64,000 nt of DNA from an uncultured Bacteroidales bacterium. GTDB taxonomy: Bacteria; Bacteroidota; Bacteroidia; Bacteroidales; Paludibacteraceae. The DNA lies in the NCBI GenBank assembly GCA_902779705.1, contig CACZCR010000009.1, forward strand, positions 1,684 to 65,683, written 5' to 3'. The notes under the pieces were generated by a model. It saw only the letters and a program-made list of their open reading frames with translations, made no database searches and was not told the DNA's origin. Both the position numbers and the translations under genes were made by a program. Shown here in pieces: positions 34,582-43,900 of this stretch (position 1 is the stretch's first letter; every line of letters starts with the position of its first letter).

Positions 34582-35880
34582 ATGATAAAAAATTTTGTAG
34601 ATGAGCTTCGCTGGCGTGGTATGCTGCAGGACATCATGCCCGGCACGGAGGAACAGTTGAACAAAGAAGTAACGGCAGGCTATGTAGGTATTGACCCTAC
34701 GGCAGACAGTCTGCACATAGGCCACCTGTGCGGCGTGATGATGTTGCGCCACTTGCAGGCCTGCGGCCACAAACCGATTGCCCTGCTGGGCGGTGCAACG
34801 GGTATGATAGGTGACCCGAGCGGCAAGTCGGCCGAGCGTAACCTGCTGACCGAAGAGACGCTGCGTCACAACGTACAATGTATCAAAGCACAGTTGGAGC
34901 ACTTTCTGGACTTCAACTCCAACGAACCCAACGCAGCCGAGTTGGTCAACAACTACGACTGGATGAAGGACTATACGTTCCTGGATTTTGCACGCAACGT
35001 GGGCAAGCTGATAACGGTCAACTATATGATGGCCAAAGACTCGGTCAAGAAACGCTTCAACGGCGAGTTCAGCCAAGGTATGTCGTTCACCGAGTTCACC
35101 TACCAGCTGCTGCAAGGATACGACTTCGTCTATCTGAACCAGCACAAGAACTGCAAGCTGCAGATGGGTGGTTCGGATCAATGGGGCAATATCACCACCG
35201 GTACGGAGTTGATCAAGAAGATGGGCGGCGGCGATGCGTACGCACTGACCTGTCCGCTGATCACCAAAGCCGACGGCGGTAAGTTTGGCAAGACCGAGTC
35301 CGGTAACATCTGGCTCGACAGACGCTATACGAGTCCGTATAAGTTCTACCAGTTCTGGCTGAACGTGTCGGACGACGATGCCAAGAAGTACATCAAGATC
35401 TTCACCGCCCTGACGCGCGAAGAGATAGAGGCCCTGATAGCCGAGCACGAGCAGGCACCGCATCTGCGTGTGCTGCAGAAACGCTTGGCCCAAGAGGTGA
35501 CGTGTATGGTACACTCAGAGGCAGACTACAAGGCAGCCGTCGAGGCATCGAACATCTTGTTTGGCAACGCCACGGCTGATGCATTGCGTGCGCTGGACGA
35601 GGAGACGTTCCTGCAGGTGTTTGAGGGCGTAGAGCAGTTTGAGATCAGCCGTGAGGAGTTGGCTGCCGGTATCGGTCCGTTGGATCTGCTGGCAGAGAAG
35701 ACGCAGATCTTCAGCTCGAAGGGCGAGGCCAGAAAGATGATTCAGGCCAACGGCTTCTCGATGAACAAAGCCAAACTGACTGACCCGCAGACACCGATCA
35801 CCACCGACGCACTGCTGAACGGCAAGTATCTGCTGTTCCAGAAGGGCAAGAAAGCCTATTATTTGGTGGTAGCCAAGTAA
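34582..35880 (+). CDS. tyrS: Tyrosine--tRNA ligase
   Basis: [16 protein letters not shown] (HIGH motif), KFGKTESG (KMSKS-like), and a C-terminal S4-like domain. Confidence 0.97.
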   Translation: MIKNFVDELRWRGMLQDIMPGTEEQLNKEVTAGYVGIDPTADSLHIGHLCGVMMLRHLQACGHKPIALLGGATGMIGDPSGKSAERNLLTEETLRHNVQCIKAQLEHFLDFNSNEPNAAELVNNYDWMKDYTFLDFARNVGKLITVNYMMAKDSVKKRFNGEFSQGMSFTEFTYQLLQGYDFVYLNQHKNCKLQMGGSDQWGNITTGTELIKKMGGGDAYALTCPLITKADGGKFGKTESGNIWLDRRYTSPYKFYQFWLNVSDDDAKKYIKIFTALTREEIEALIAEHEQAPHLRVLQKRLAQEVTCMVHSEADYKAAVEASNILFGNATADALRALDEETFLQVFEGVEQFEISREELAAGIGPLDLLAEKTQIFSSKGEARKMIQANGFSMNKAKLTDPQTPITTDALLNGKYLLFQKGKKAYYLVVAK

Positions 35881-35928
35881 GCCCCCCCTCTCAAAAAAAA
35901 TTATTATTCATAAATACAATTTAATGCT

Positions 35929-37707
35929 ATGACAGACGAACTGAAACAAGTGATGGAGGTTGCTGAGGTATGGACCAAGGAACCGTTTGACGCGGAGACC
36001 CGCGCAGAAGTGAAAGCGCTGATGGAGGCTGAGGACAAGACCGAACTGATCGACGCCTTCTACCGCACATTGGAATTCGGTACGGGCGGTCTGCGCGGCA
36101 TCATGGGTGTCGGCACCAACCGTATGAACAAGTACATCGTGGCACAAGCTACCCAAGGCTATGCCAACTATCTGAACAAAGTACAGAAAGAGAACGGCTT
36201 TAAGAACGTACAAAACGGCCAAGTGGCCGTAGTAGTAGGACACGACTGCCGTAACAACGGACGTCTGTTCGCTGAGACAGTGGCTAACATCTTCTCGGCT
36301 AACGGCATCAAGGTCTATCTGTTTGAGAGCCTGCGCCCGACACCGGAGGTGAGCTTCGCTATCCGTCATCTCAAATGTCAAGGCGGTGTGAACGTAACAG
36401 CCAGCCACAACCCACGCGAGTACAACGGTTACAAAGCATACTGGGAGGACGGCTCACAGGTGCTCCAACCGCACGACAAGGGTATCATCGACGAGGTGAA
36501 CAAAGTCAAGATGGAGGACGTTAAGTGGGAAGCCAACAAGGACCTGATAGAGATCATCGGTGGCGAGATGGACTATGACTATATGCAGGCTGTGAAGACC
36601 TGTATGGTAGATCAGGATGTGATCTTGCGTCACAAAGACCTGAACATCGTCTATACCCCGCTGCACGGTGCAGGACGTCAGATCATCCCGATGTGTCTGC
36701 GTTCGTGGGGCTTTGAGAACATCCACGTTGTGCCCGAGCAGATGGTGATCGATGGTAATTTCCCGACCGTAGTAAGCCCTAACCCGGAGAACGCCGAGGC
36801 AATGACAATGGGTATGAACCTGGGTACGAAGCTGAACGCTGACCTGGTGATCGCTTCCGACCCCGATGCAGACCGTATAGCTATCGTATGCCGCGACGAG
36901 AAGGGCGAGTGGATCATCATCAACGGAAACCAGACCTGTATGATGTTCTCGTACTACAACATCAAGGCCCTGAAGCGTCTGGGCAAGATGCGTCCGGAGA
37001 TGTATCTGGTTAAGACCATCGTTACCACCGAAGTGATCCGCCGTATGGCAGACAAAGAGGGTGTGACGCTGACTGACGAGTTCACGGGCTTTAAGTGGAT
37101 AGCCAACCGTATCCGTATGTGGGAAGATACCCATAAGTATATCGGCGGTGGCGAAGAGTCGTTTGGTTGGTTAGGTTTTGATGGCGTTCGCGACAAATGT
37201 TCGCCTTCGGCTATCTGCTTGATCTGCGAGATCGCAGCTGCCGCTAAGGACCAGGGAATGTCGCTGTATGAGTACCTGATCAATATCTACAATGAGTTCG
37301 GCTTCCAACGTGAGACGACCGTTAACGTTGTTCGTCCGGGTAAGACGGGCGCTGAGGAGATTCAGCAGATGATGATCAACTACCGCGCTAACGCTCCTAA
37401 GGAGATCGCCGGCGAGAAGGTGGTTAAGATCAAAGACTTCCAGCTGTCCGAGCAGAAAGAGCTGGTGAACGGCGAGTGGAAGACCACGCCGATCGAGATG
37501 GCACTGGGTGCTAAGTCGAACGTGCTGCAGTATTTCACCGAAGGTGGTCTGAAAGTGAGCGTTCGTCCTTCGGGTACAGAGCCGAAGATCAAGTTCTATT
37601 TCGAGATACCGGCTACCATGCCTACTCCGGATGCTGCAGGCTACAAAGCAGCTACTGCAGCCGCCGAAGCACGCGTAGCAGACATCAAGGCTTCGCTGGG
37701 AATCTAA
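35929..37707 (+). CDS. Phospho-sugar mutase (phosphoglucomutase/phosphomannomutase family)
   Basis: Active-site TASHNPREYNGYK, metal loop SDPDADR, sugar loop GGEESFG. Confidence 0.92.
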   Translation: MTDELKQVMEVAEVWTKEPFDAETRAEVKALMEAEDKTELIDAFYRTLEFGTGGLRGIMGVGTNRMNKYIVAQATQGYANYLNKVQKENGFKNVQNGQVAVVVGHDCRNNGRLFAETVANIFSANGIKVYLFESLRPTPEVSFAIRHLKCQGGVNVTASHNPREYNGYKAYWEDGSQVLQPHDKGIIDEVNKVKMEDVKWEANKDLIEIIGGEMDYDYMQAVKTCMVDQDVILRHKDLNIVYTPLHGAGRQIIPMCLRSWGFENIHVVPEQMVIDGNFPTVVSPNPENAEAMTMGMNLGTKLNADLVIASDPDADRIAIVCRDEKGEWIIINGNQTCMMFSYYNIKALKRLGKMRPEMYLVKTIVTTEVIRRMADKEGVTLTDEFTGFKWIANRIRMWEDTHKYIGGGEESFGWLGFDGVRDKCSPSAICLICEIAAAAKDQGMSLYEYLINIYNEFGFQRETTVNVVRPGKTGAEEIQQMMINYRANAPKEIAGEKVVKIKDFQLSEQKELVNGEWKTTPIEMALGAKSNVLQYFTEGGLKVSVRPSGTEPKIKFYFEIPATMPTPDAAGYKAATAAAEARVADIKASLGI

Positions 37708-40651
37708 CCAGCGCCTTGTTGCCAAAGCCGTCGATATACATCTCTAAGGGATGAGTGAGACGGATGTGGCGCACCAGATCGGTTTCTTCGATAGCCTCTA
37801 AGGCGTCGAGGGAACCGATTTCATATACATCCCCCGGCCGTGCCCACGGGTCGATATTCAGATAACCCACATTGAAGGAGGTGAGGTTCTGGAAGAAGTG
37901 ACTACCCTGAGAGGGTTCGATACGGAAGTTTTCGAGGCTGCACTCGGCGATCGCCTTGGCCTCGCTGATATCGCCCCACTGGACGGGCACACCGAGTGTC
38001 GGGATCTGCGAACCCCAACGGCCGTAGCCTATCAGCAGGTACTGACGCCCCTCTTGACGTAGCTTGGCGTTCCACTGGCGGATGGTGTCGGCCATCTCGC
38101 GCGTGCGTAATATATCAAAGGTGTCTTGACGCAGGTAGATGATATCCGTCACATCCTCTATCTGTCCCACGCCTAAGGCGTTGCCTGAGATGAGGAAAGC
38201 GCCATGGGTATCTATCTTATCCCAATCGACCTTAGCGGTCAGCGAATCGGCCGAGATAGGCCGTATCTGCAGCACATGGAAGATCTGAGGTTCGCGCTCA
38301 AGGTTAACTGCGAACTCTATCTCTACCGGGCACTTGATCTCCTGCTGCGCCATCTCAAGCAACTGGCGAATGATGTCTGCCAGCGGGAAGGTGTTGAACT
38401 TCAACTGCGGCGCAAAAGTCACGACACGCGGTCCGTCGGGATAGCACGAGTCGACCATACGCATGTTCTCGCGGTCATAGGTAGAGGCGATCATCTTAAG
38501 GCTCTCAAACTGGCCGCACTCATGTATAGGGAAGCGCTCGAGGTTGATGGCATCATCGATCGATGTCTTGAACCGCTCGGGGCTGAGCGAGAGGGCCAAC
38601 ATCGACTGCTGGGTCTCACGCATTGCCAGATCGACCGTTGAGGTTTGGAGCACGTTCTTGGGGTACTTGGGACTGAAGCGGAGCACTTGCTCGCCATCCA
38701 CCACCACCTTGCCTAAGCCGTACGCTACCTTGACGATGCCGTCTTCGGGTTTCTCTTTGCCGACCGGGTAGAAATTGACGCTACGCGCCACACCGGAGAT
38801 GACGGGGAAGTAGTAGTTACCCTCCTGCTCGCCACAGACCTCCTGGAGCACGATGGCCATCTTCTCCTCAGAGAGCACGTTGCCCGTAGAGGTGATATAG
38901 CCACGCGATGCCGCGAAGTAGACCGAGGCATAGACCGACTTGATGGCCTTGCTGAGCAGACGAAGCTGCTGGTCCTCGTTCTCGGTGTTGGGTATCATAT
39001 AGGTGCTATAGACACCGGCAAAAGGTTGATAGTAGGAGTCCTCGAGCTTGGAGGATGAGCGCACCGCCAGCGGCTTGTTGGTGACGCGGATGAAATGGCG
39101 CAAGGCCGCACGCATCTCCAATGGCAGCGCGGCTGCCACAAACTCGGACAGTATCTCGTCGTCCGAGAGGTCGGCGTTGATGACATACTGCAGACCGTTG
39201 TCATGCACAAAGCGGTCGAACCACTCGGTGGTCAACACCATCGTTCGCGGCACTAACACACGTACACCCTCCCAACGGTCATAGAGGTCATTCTTCTGGA
39301 GCACATGGTTGAGGAACGCCAGTCCCCTACCCTTGCCGCCCATCGGTCCGTCGCCTACGCGCGCAAACCAGATAGTGTCGTTGTAGGTGTCGGGCGAGTA
39401 TTTGGCCACAACGCCGAGGGCTTGGTTGATACGGTAGTCATGGATGAGGCGGATATTGGTCTGGCGGATGTTCTCGATATCGGTCTCGTCTTGGATCTTA
39501 AGGATGTTGACCTGTCTGCCGATAGCGAACAGTCCGCGGGCAAAGAGCCACTTGGAGAGGTAGTTGTTGTCGCTTAGTCGGCGGAAAGCGGCCGGAGAAA
39601 TAGAGGATATGATTCGCTCAAATCCCTCCAGATCGGAGGCACGGGCTATCTCCTTGCCGGTTCGCGGGTCGCGGGCGATGAAGTCACCGAACCCGAACTC
39701 CGACTCGATATACTCGCTCACCTCTTGGGTCAGGGTTTTGGACGATTTGATGACAAAGCCCACCTTGAGTCTATTGGCCGTGGCACGCATCGACTCTTGG
39801 GACGACTGCATCAGGAACGGCATCGTGGGGTTATCATCGCGGATGAGTTGACACAGGTCGACTCCGGCATCCAGTTTCTCGGAACTGGACGGATCGCCCT
39901 TATGGAGCACAAAGCCGATGTCGGAGATGACACCGATGATATTCTTACTATAACGTTGGTAGAGCTCTACTGCCTCGTCGTAACAGGTGGCCAGTAACAT
40001 CTTAGGTCGCGCCCGCTTACGCAGCAACTGCTGTTTCTCGTTGAGCGCGTCGCGGATGGCTATGTTGTTCTGCCGGAGCACCAGCTTGTAGAGCAGCGGC
40101 AGATAGGTGGAGTAATAGCGGACTGAGTCTTCGACCAGCAGGATCGCCCGCACACCCTCGGTGAGGATATCGTGCTCCGCGTTCATGCGGTCCTCGATGA
40201 GCTTGATGATGGCGATGATCAGGTCGGTGGAGTTGTTCCAAGTGAAGAAATAGTCGATATCGCTCTTTTCATGCTGCTCGATGCGGCGGTAGATCTCCTT
40301 GCTGAACGCTGACAGCAGGACGATCGGGCAGTTGGGCACCAGCTGCTTGGCCTCTTTGGCAAAGTCAAACACATCCAGCTCGCCCGCGCTGTACATGGTC
40401 AGGATCAGGTCAAACGGCTGACCGCTCATTCCATCATCCGCTAACCCCTTAATCCGCTCTAAGGCCTCACACGTTGTCTCCGCGCGGGTGATAGACGGCG
40501 GATTGGAGATATTGAGTTCGGCGTACTCTTGCGCTATCTGCACGTCTATACGGCCGTCCTCTTCCAGCGCAAAACTGTCGTAGTTGTTGCACACCAGCAG
40601 GATGCGCCGCACGCGCTTCTCCATCAATGATGTATAATTGTTGGTTTCCAT
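37685..40651 (-). CDS. PEP/pyruvate-binding (PPDK_N-type) domain protein with N-terminal receiver-like domain
   Basis: 988 aa. The N-terminus RRILLVCNNYDSFALEEDGRI... resembles a CheY-like fold. The central GGKGRGLAFLN ATP-grasp/PPDK_N motif is present. The 3' end overlaps the mutase gene by 23 nt in convergent orientation. Confidence 0.75.
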   Translation of the reverse strand: METNNYTSLMEKRVRRILLVCNNYDSFALEEDGRIDVQIAQEYAELNISNPPSITRAETTCEALERIKGLADDGMSGQPFDLILTMYSAGELDVFDFAKEAKQLVPNCPIVLLSAFSKEIYRRIEQHEKSDIDYFFTWNNSTDLIIAIIKLIEDRMNAEHDILTEGVRAILLVEDSVRYYSTYLPLLYKLVLRQNNIAIRDALNEKQQLLRKRARPKMLLATCYDEAVELYQRYSKNIIGVISDIGFVLHKGDPSSSEKLDAGVDLCQLIRDDNPTMPFLMQSSQESMRATANRLKVGFVIKSSKTLTQEVSEYIESEFGFGDFIARDPRTGKEIARASDLEGFERIISSISPAAFRRLSDNNYLSKWLFARGLFAIGRQVNILKIQDETDIENIRQTNIRLIHDYRINQALGVVAKYSPDTYNDTIWFARVGDGPMGGKGRGLAFLNHVLQKNDLYDRWEGVRVLVPRTMVLTTEWFDRFVHDNGLQYVINADLSDDEILSEFVAAALPLEMRAALRHFIRVTNKPLAVRSSSKLEDSYYQPFAGVYSTYMIPNTENEDQQLRLLSKAIKSVYASVYFAASRGYITSTGNVLSEEKMAIVLQEVCGEQEGNYYFPVISGVARSVNFYPVGKEKPEDGIVKVAYGLGKVVVDGEQVLRFSPKYPKNVLQTSTVDLAMRETQQSMLALSLSPERFKTSIDDAINLERFPIHECGQFESLKMIASTYDRENMRMVDSCYPDGPRVVTFAPQLKFNTFPLADIIRQLLEMAQQEIKCPVEIEFAVNLEREPQIFHVLQIRPISADSLTAKVDWDKIDTHGAFLISGNALGVGQIEDVTDIIYLRQDTFDILRTREMADTIRQWNAKLRQEGRQYLLIGYGRWGSQIPTLGVPVQWGDISEAKAIAECSLENFRIEPSQGSHFFQNLTSFNVGYLNIDPWARPGDVYEIGSLDALEAIEETDLVRHIRLTHPLEMYIDGFGNKALVRFPAKP
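40421..40460 (-). repeat. 8-nt G-rich word array inside the CDS
   Basis: Coding strand GAGCGGATTAAGGGGTTAGCGGATGATGGAATGAGCGGT, encoding ERIKGLADDGMSG. Confidence 0.85.
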
Positions 40652-40659
40652 TATGTGGG

Positions 40660-41004
40660 TTAATTTGTTTCTTTATTGTTTGTTGCCAGCTGCCCGATGA
40701 CAAAGCCACGGAGGGTGAAATAGTATTTGTCGGCGGGTTTGGCTGTGGATTTGTATTCGTCGTAACGTTGCTGCCAATAGGCACGGCGAGCAGGATCAGC
40801 AAGTTCCTGTTTGGCTTGCTTGGATATTTGGGCAAAAGAGGAGCTATTGGCTTTTTGGTTTGCGGTAATACTTTTAGGATTCTTGTGTTTCGGATAGTTG
40901 CTAATTACCGTTTTGCCATAACGATTAGTGGCATAAAACTTGCTGTCACCGGTAAGGCGACCACTCAATTTGTCTAACAATATGTCTAGTTCTGCTTTTG
41001 CCAT
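40660..41004 (-). CDS. Hypothetical protein (114 aa), first gene of an operon with the PEP-binding enzyme
   Basis: ORF with core-like GC content and an 8-nt gap to the downstream gene. I do not recognise the family. Confidence 0.55.
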   Translation of the reverse strand: MAKAELDILLDKLSGRLTGDSKFYATNRYGKTVISNYPKHKNPKSITANQKANSSSFAQISKQAKQELADPARRAYWQQRYDEYKSTAKPADKYYFTLRGFVIGQLATNNKETN

Positions 41005-41040
41005 GCTATTTAGTATATATTCTCAGCATGAAAGTACTGT

Positions 41041-41084
41041 CCGTTTACGTGTCGTTAACGTCTCGTTTACGTGTCGTTTACGAG
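41041..41084 (+). repeat. 11-nt-period array CGTT(T/A)ACG(T/A)(G/C)T x4
   Basis: CCGTTTACGTGTCGTTAACGTCTCGTTTACGTGTCGTTTACGAG. Confidence 0.9.
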
Positions 41085-41111
41085 TGTAACTGCGGTTTGA
41101 CGGGGGATTTA

Positions 41112-41315
41112 TTAGTCTTTCAGCCAAACTGGTCTTTCCTCTGTTTCTTTAAATGCTTCTAAATACGGATGCCATCTCAGAAAGTTTTGCATCTCTTGAC
41201 CATGTTCTTTATAACTGATGATTTCACCATTATCGCCAACATTGAGTGCATAAACCTTTTCTGCAGTTGTATCTATTAGATACTCCAAACTTTCTTCTCC
41301 GCAAAAGACAAACAT
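41112..41315 (-). CDS. Small hypothetical protein (67 aa), possibly a fragment of an SMI1/KNR4-like protein
   Basis: MFVFCGEESLEYLIDTTAEKVYALNVGDNGEIISYKEHGQEMQNFL... vaguely resembles the C-terminal half of SMI1/KNR4 immunity-type proteins. It lies 6 nt downstream of the DUF262 gene and is AT-rich. Confidence 0.35.
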   Translation of the reverse strand: MFVFCGEESLEYLIDTTAEKVYALNVGDNGEIISYKEHGQEMQNFLRWHPYLEAFKETEERPVWLKD

Positions 41316-41321
41316 AGTAGT

Positions 41322-43163
41322 TTATAGTTTGAACATTTCTATTAGTTCAGCAACTAACGTAGTAGTGCGTGCTTTAATATCCTCTATTGTCCATTGATTT
41401 TTGTCAACAAGTGGTTTGTTAATTTCCAGACCATTTTTATATCCGACATACAAACCTTTTTTGTTTTTCATATCTCTCTTATCTACAAATGATTTATTGC
41501 TTAAAGTGCTATTAAAACCACTTATAGTTAGATTGCCTATCTTATGCACATATTCTTCCCTATAGGAGTGAGCCAATTCTTTATCGCCATTAGCTATCAT
41601 TTGAATCCAACTATCTGGAATATTAGCACCTTCCGGGAATATATGTTCAATTGTCCATACATAAATTTTCTTGTTGGAAACTATATTTTGTTCCCACAAA
41701 TCCGTCCAATTCTCTGTAGTCATGTGTTTTTCACACAACTTGCATAATACAAAACGTGTAACACCCACATTTTCCTCGTAAATATTACCAGAAAGCTTAT
41801 TAGCAAAGTCTTCGTCGCTTGCAGACACAGCTAATAATGATTTATATATAATATCATATATTGCATTTTCGCCAATTTCTTTATTCGTGTTAATTTCAGC
41901 AATTATGCTCATGAATATCCTATCAAGAGTATAGGTATTAGGAGTGTCCGTTATATTACGCCGCACAAAGAACGTCACCATCAATGAGATGATCTTGTTT
42001 ATCATCTTGTCTGATAAGTGCAATTCTTCTTGATAATAAAATAGATATAGCAGAAGCGTATTCGATGGAACAGCTTGGACATGTTGCAAATCTAATAATG
42101 TCTCCCTAAACTGGTCAGGCGCGTTTATCGGGGTGACAAAATAAGCATAGATATTCCCGCATTTAGTTATATCTGCGATAAATGTCTCCAAATCATAGTT
42201 AATCAACTTCTCGTATATACTCAAGAGATTTGTTTTTGTTGCTATTACGCCCAATGGTTCCTTACTACGAATATCGTCAGAAACAAACGGTTCATTGTGA
42301 CGTTGTTTAAAAGCATTATAGTAGTGACGGAAAAAGCGTTCTTGAGTATGATAGTCATCCTTGAGGGATTCAATAAGTGATTTCCACTGCTCGTAATATG
42401 TATCAACTTCCTCGTTATTCTTGGCTTTTGACAAAATAGTATTCTTCATCAAATCGATAGCAGTAAGAGGAGTTCCTCTGTCGTTAAGTGCCTCAAATAG
42501 CATATAGGCTTCCGTATGGCTACTAACTTCTATTTTAACAAGAACGGCCTGATTGATTTTATTGAATATATCTAAAAGCCTTACTACTTTATCTTCGGGA
42601 GATAGATCTTTAACAAGTGATTCTATTCGTTGCATAAAGTAGTTAAAGCAACGTCCCATTTTACGTTGAGGATAGTATGGAATGGCTTTTTTCTTTCCTA
42701 GTTTAGCGACATCCAAGATGTTCGCTTCTTGCATTAGATAGGAAAAATCATCTGAATTATAATTCTGTATTTGAGGTTGCACTACTAACCCGTTCGGAGA
42801 ATCATTACGACGCAAAGCCTTTCTGATGGAAGGCAAAACATCAATGTCATCATCAGAGATAAATTCCTTGTACTTCTGCAATTGGGTATATATTGCCGCT
42901 AACAATATGCTTAGAGTTGTCAATCGCTGCTGACCATCCACCACCTCCAATTGCTGAATTTGGAATGAATCACGCGTATTGTTGATACATATTATAGAAC
43001 CAATAAAATATCCCACTGCATTAGACTCAATATCATTAAACAATGCGCCCCAATGCGAATAGGACCATGTATATTCACGCTGATACTTAGGTATATAATA
43101 ATACCAATTGTAGTCTTTACTAAAAATCTGACTAATCGGATAGTCGTGTACTGAGTCTATCAT
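41322..43163 (-). CDS. DUF262 (ParB-like NTPase/nuclease) + DUF1524 (His-Me finger) protein, GmrSD-like type IV restriction enzyme family
   Basis: The N-terminus has IPKYQREYTW and VVDGQQRLTTLSILLAAI (DUF262 signatures). The C-terminus has TIEHIFPEG ... HKIGNLTISGFNSTLSNKSF (DUF1524 H...N...N). The gene is strongly AT-rich. Confidence 0.85.
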   Translation of the reverse strand: MIDSVHDYPISQIFSKDYNWYYYIPKYQREYTWSYSHWGALFNDIESNAVGYFIGSIICINNTRDSFQIQQLEVVDGQQRLTTLSILLAAIYTQLQKYKEFISDDDIDVLPSIRKALRRNDSPNGLVVQPQIQNYNSDDFSYLMQEANILDVAKLGKKKAIPYYPQRKMGRCFNYFMQRIESLVKDLSPEDKVVRLLDIFNKINQAVLVKIEVSSHTEAYMLFEALNDRGTPLTAIDLMKNTILSKAKNNEEVDTYYEQWKSLIESLKDDYHTQERFFRHYYNAFKQRHNEPFVSDDIRSKEPLGVIATKTNLLSIYEKLINYDLETFIADITKCGNIYAYFVTPINAPDQFRETLLDLQHVQAVPSNTLLLYLFYYQEELHLSDKMINKIISLMVTFFVRRNITDTPNTYTLDRIFMSIIAEINTNKEIGENAIYDIIYKSLLAVSASDEDFANKLSGNIYEENVGVTRFVLCKLCEKHMTTENWTDLWEQNIVSNKKIYVWTIEHIFPEGANIPDSWIQMIANGDKELAHSYREEYVHKIGNLTISGFNSTLSNKSFVDKRDMKNKKGLYVGYKNGLEINKPLVDKNQWTIEDIKARTTTLVAELIEMFKL

Positions 43164-43184
43164 TGTTTAAAAATTTTTACAAAG

Positions 43185-43529
43185 TTAAAAGTTATCCCAA
43201 TCTATCACTCGTGCAAAGTCGTGGTAGTTAATGGATTTTATATGTTTTCCTATAATTTCTTGGAGTGATATCTCCAAACTTGGCGCATCATCAAACCAAA
43301 CTATTGTCAAGTGGCTGTCATTCGATTTGTCTCTTAACGACAATTCAAAACGATATGATTTTAGTATTTCGTTAGGTTTTAAAGGATCGTCGTCTATTAT
43401 TTGGAAAGGCTTTTGTTCGCACGTTTCTATTTGATCGGAGGTTAGTTGAAATAAAAAACCATCTTCCTTTGATTGTTTCAACAATCTATGCAATATGTGG
43501 ACAGCAACGCTATGGAAAGAGCCTTCCAT
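43185..43529 (-). CDS. Hypothetical protein (114 aa) upstream of and co-oriented with the DUF262 gene
   Basis: ORF with the same AT-rich composition and a 21-nt gap to the DUF262 gene. No family recognised. Confidence 0.5.
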   Translation of the reverse strand: MEGSFHSVAVHILHRLLKQSKEDGFLFQLTSDQIETCEQKPFQIIDDDPLKPNEILKSYRFELSLRDKSNDSHLTIVWFDDAPSLEISLQEIIGKHIKSINYHDFARVIDWDNF

Positions 43530-43672
43530 ACTACCTTCATATGTGTTTAAACCCGAAAAGAACGTATTTCTACATCCTTTTCATCCGGGAAATCAATTGT
43601 TATGCGCTTTTTATCCTGCATTATTTATAATAGTTTACAAAGTGTCTACTATCGGGTGGTGTTATTCTTTTA

Positions 43673-43900
43673 ATCCTCCATAAATGGCGGATACGGTGGG
43701 TTGCTTTTGATCCTCCATAAATGGCGGATACATTATATAGAATGCCATGATGGCGGATACGGTGGGTGCTTTTGATCCTCCATATATGGCGGATACATTA
43801 TATAGTATGCCATGATGGCGGATACGGTGGGTGCTTTTTGATCCTCCATATATGGCGGATGCTTTTATTGGCGGATACGTTATTCAGTATGGCGGGTAGT
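43673..43900. repeat. REP-like array: four ATCCTCCAT-(AA/AT)-ATGGCGGAT imperfect palindromes plus ATGGCGGATAC half-sites, in a ~65-nt tandem unit
   Basis: Palindromes lie at 43673-43692, 43710-43729, 43775-43794 and 43841-43860. Half-sites CCATGATGGCGGATAC lie at about 43745 and 43810. The unit TGATCCTCCATAWATGGCGGATACATTATATAGWATGCCATGATGGCGGATACGGTGGGTGCTTT occurs about twice in full. Confidence 0.9.

Noticed and set aside
43673-43900. Possible CRISPR array. The same question applies to the other tandem arrays in the window.
   Set aside because: The units are contiguous or separated by conserved rather than unique sequence. There are no ~30-nt variable spacers and no cas genes in the window.
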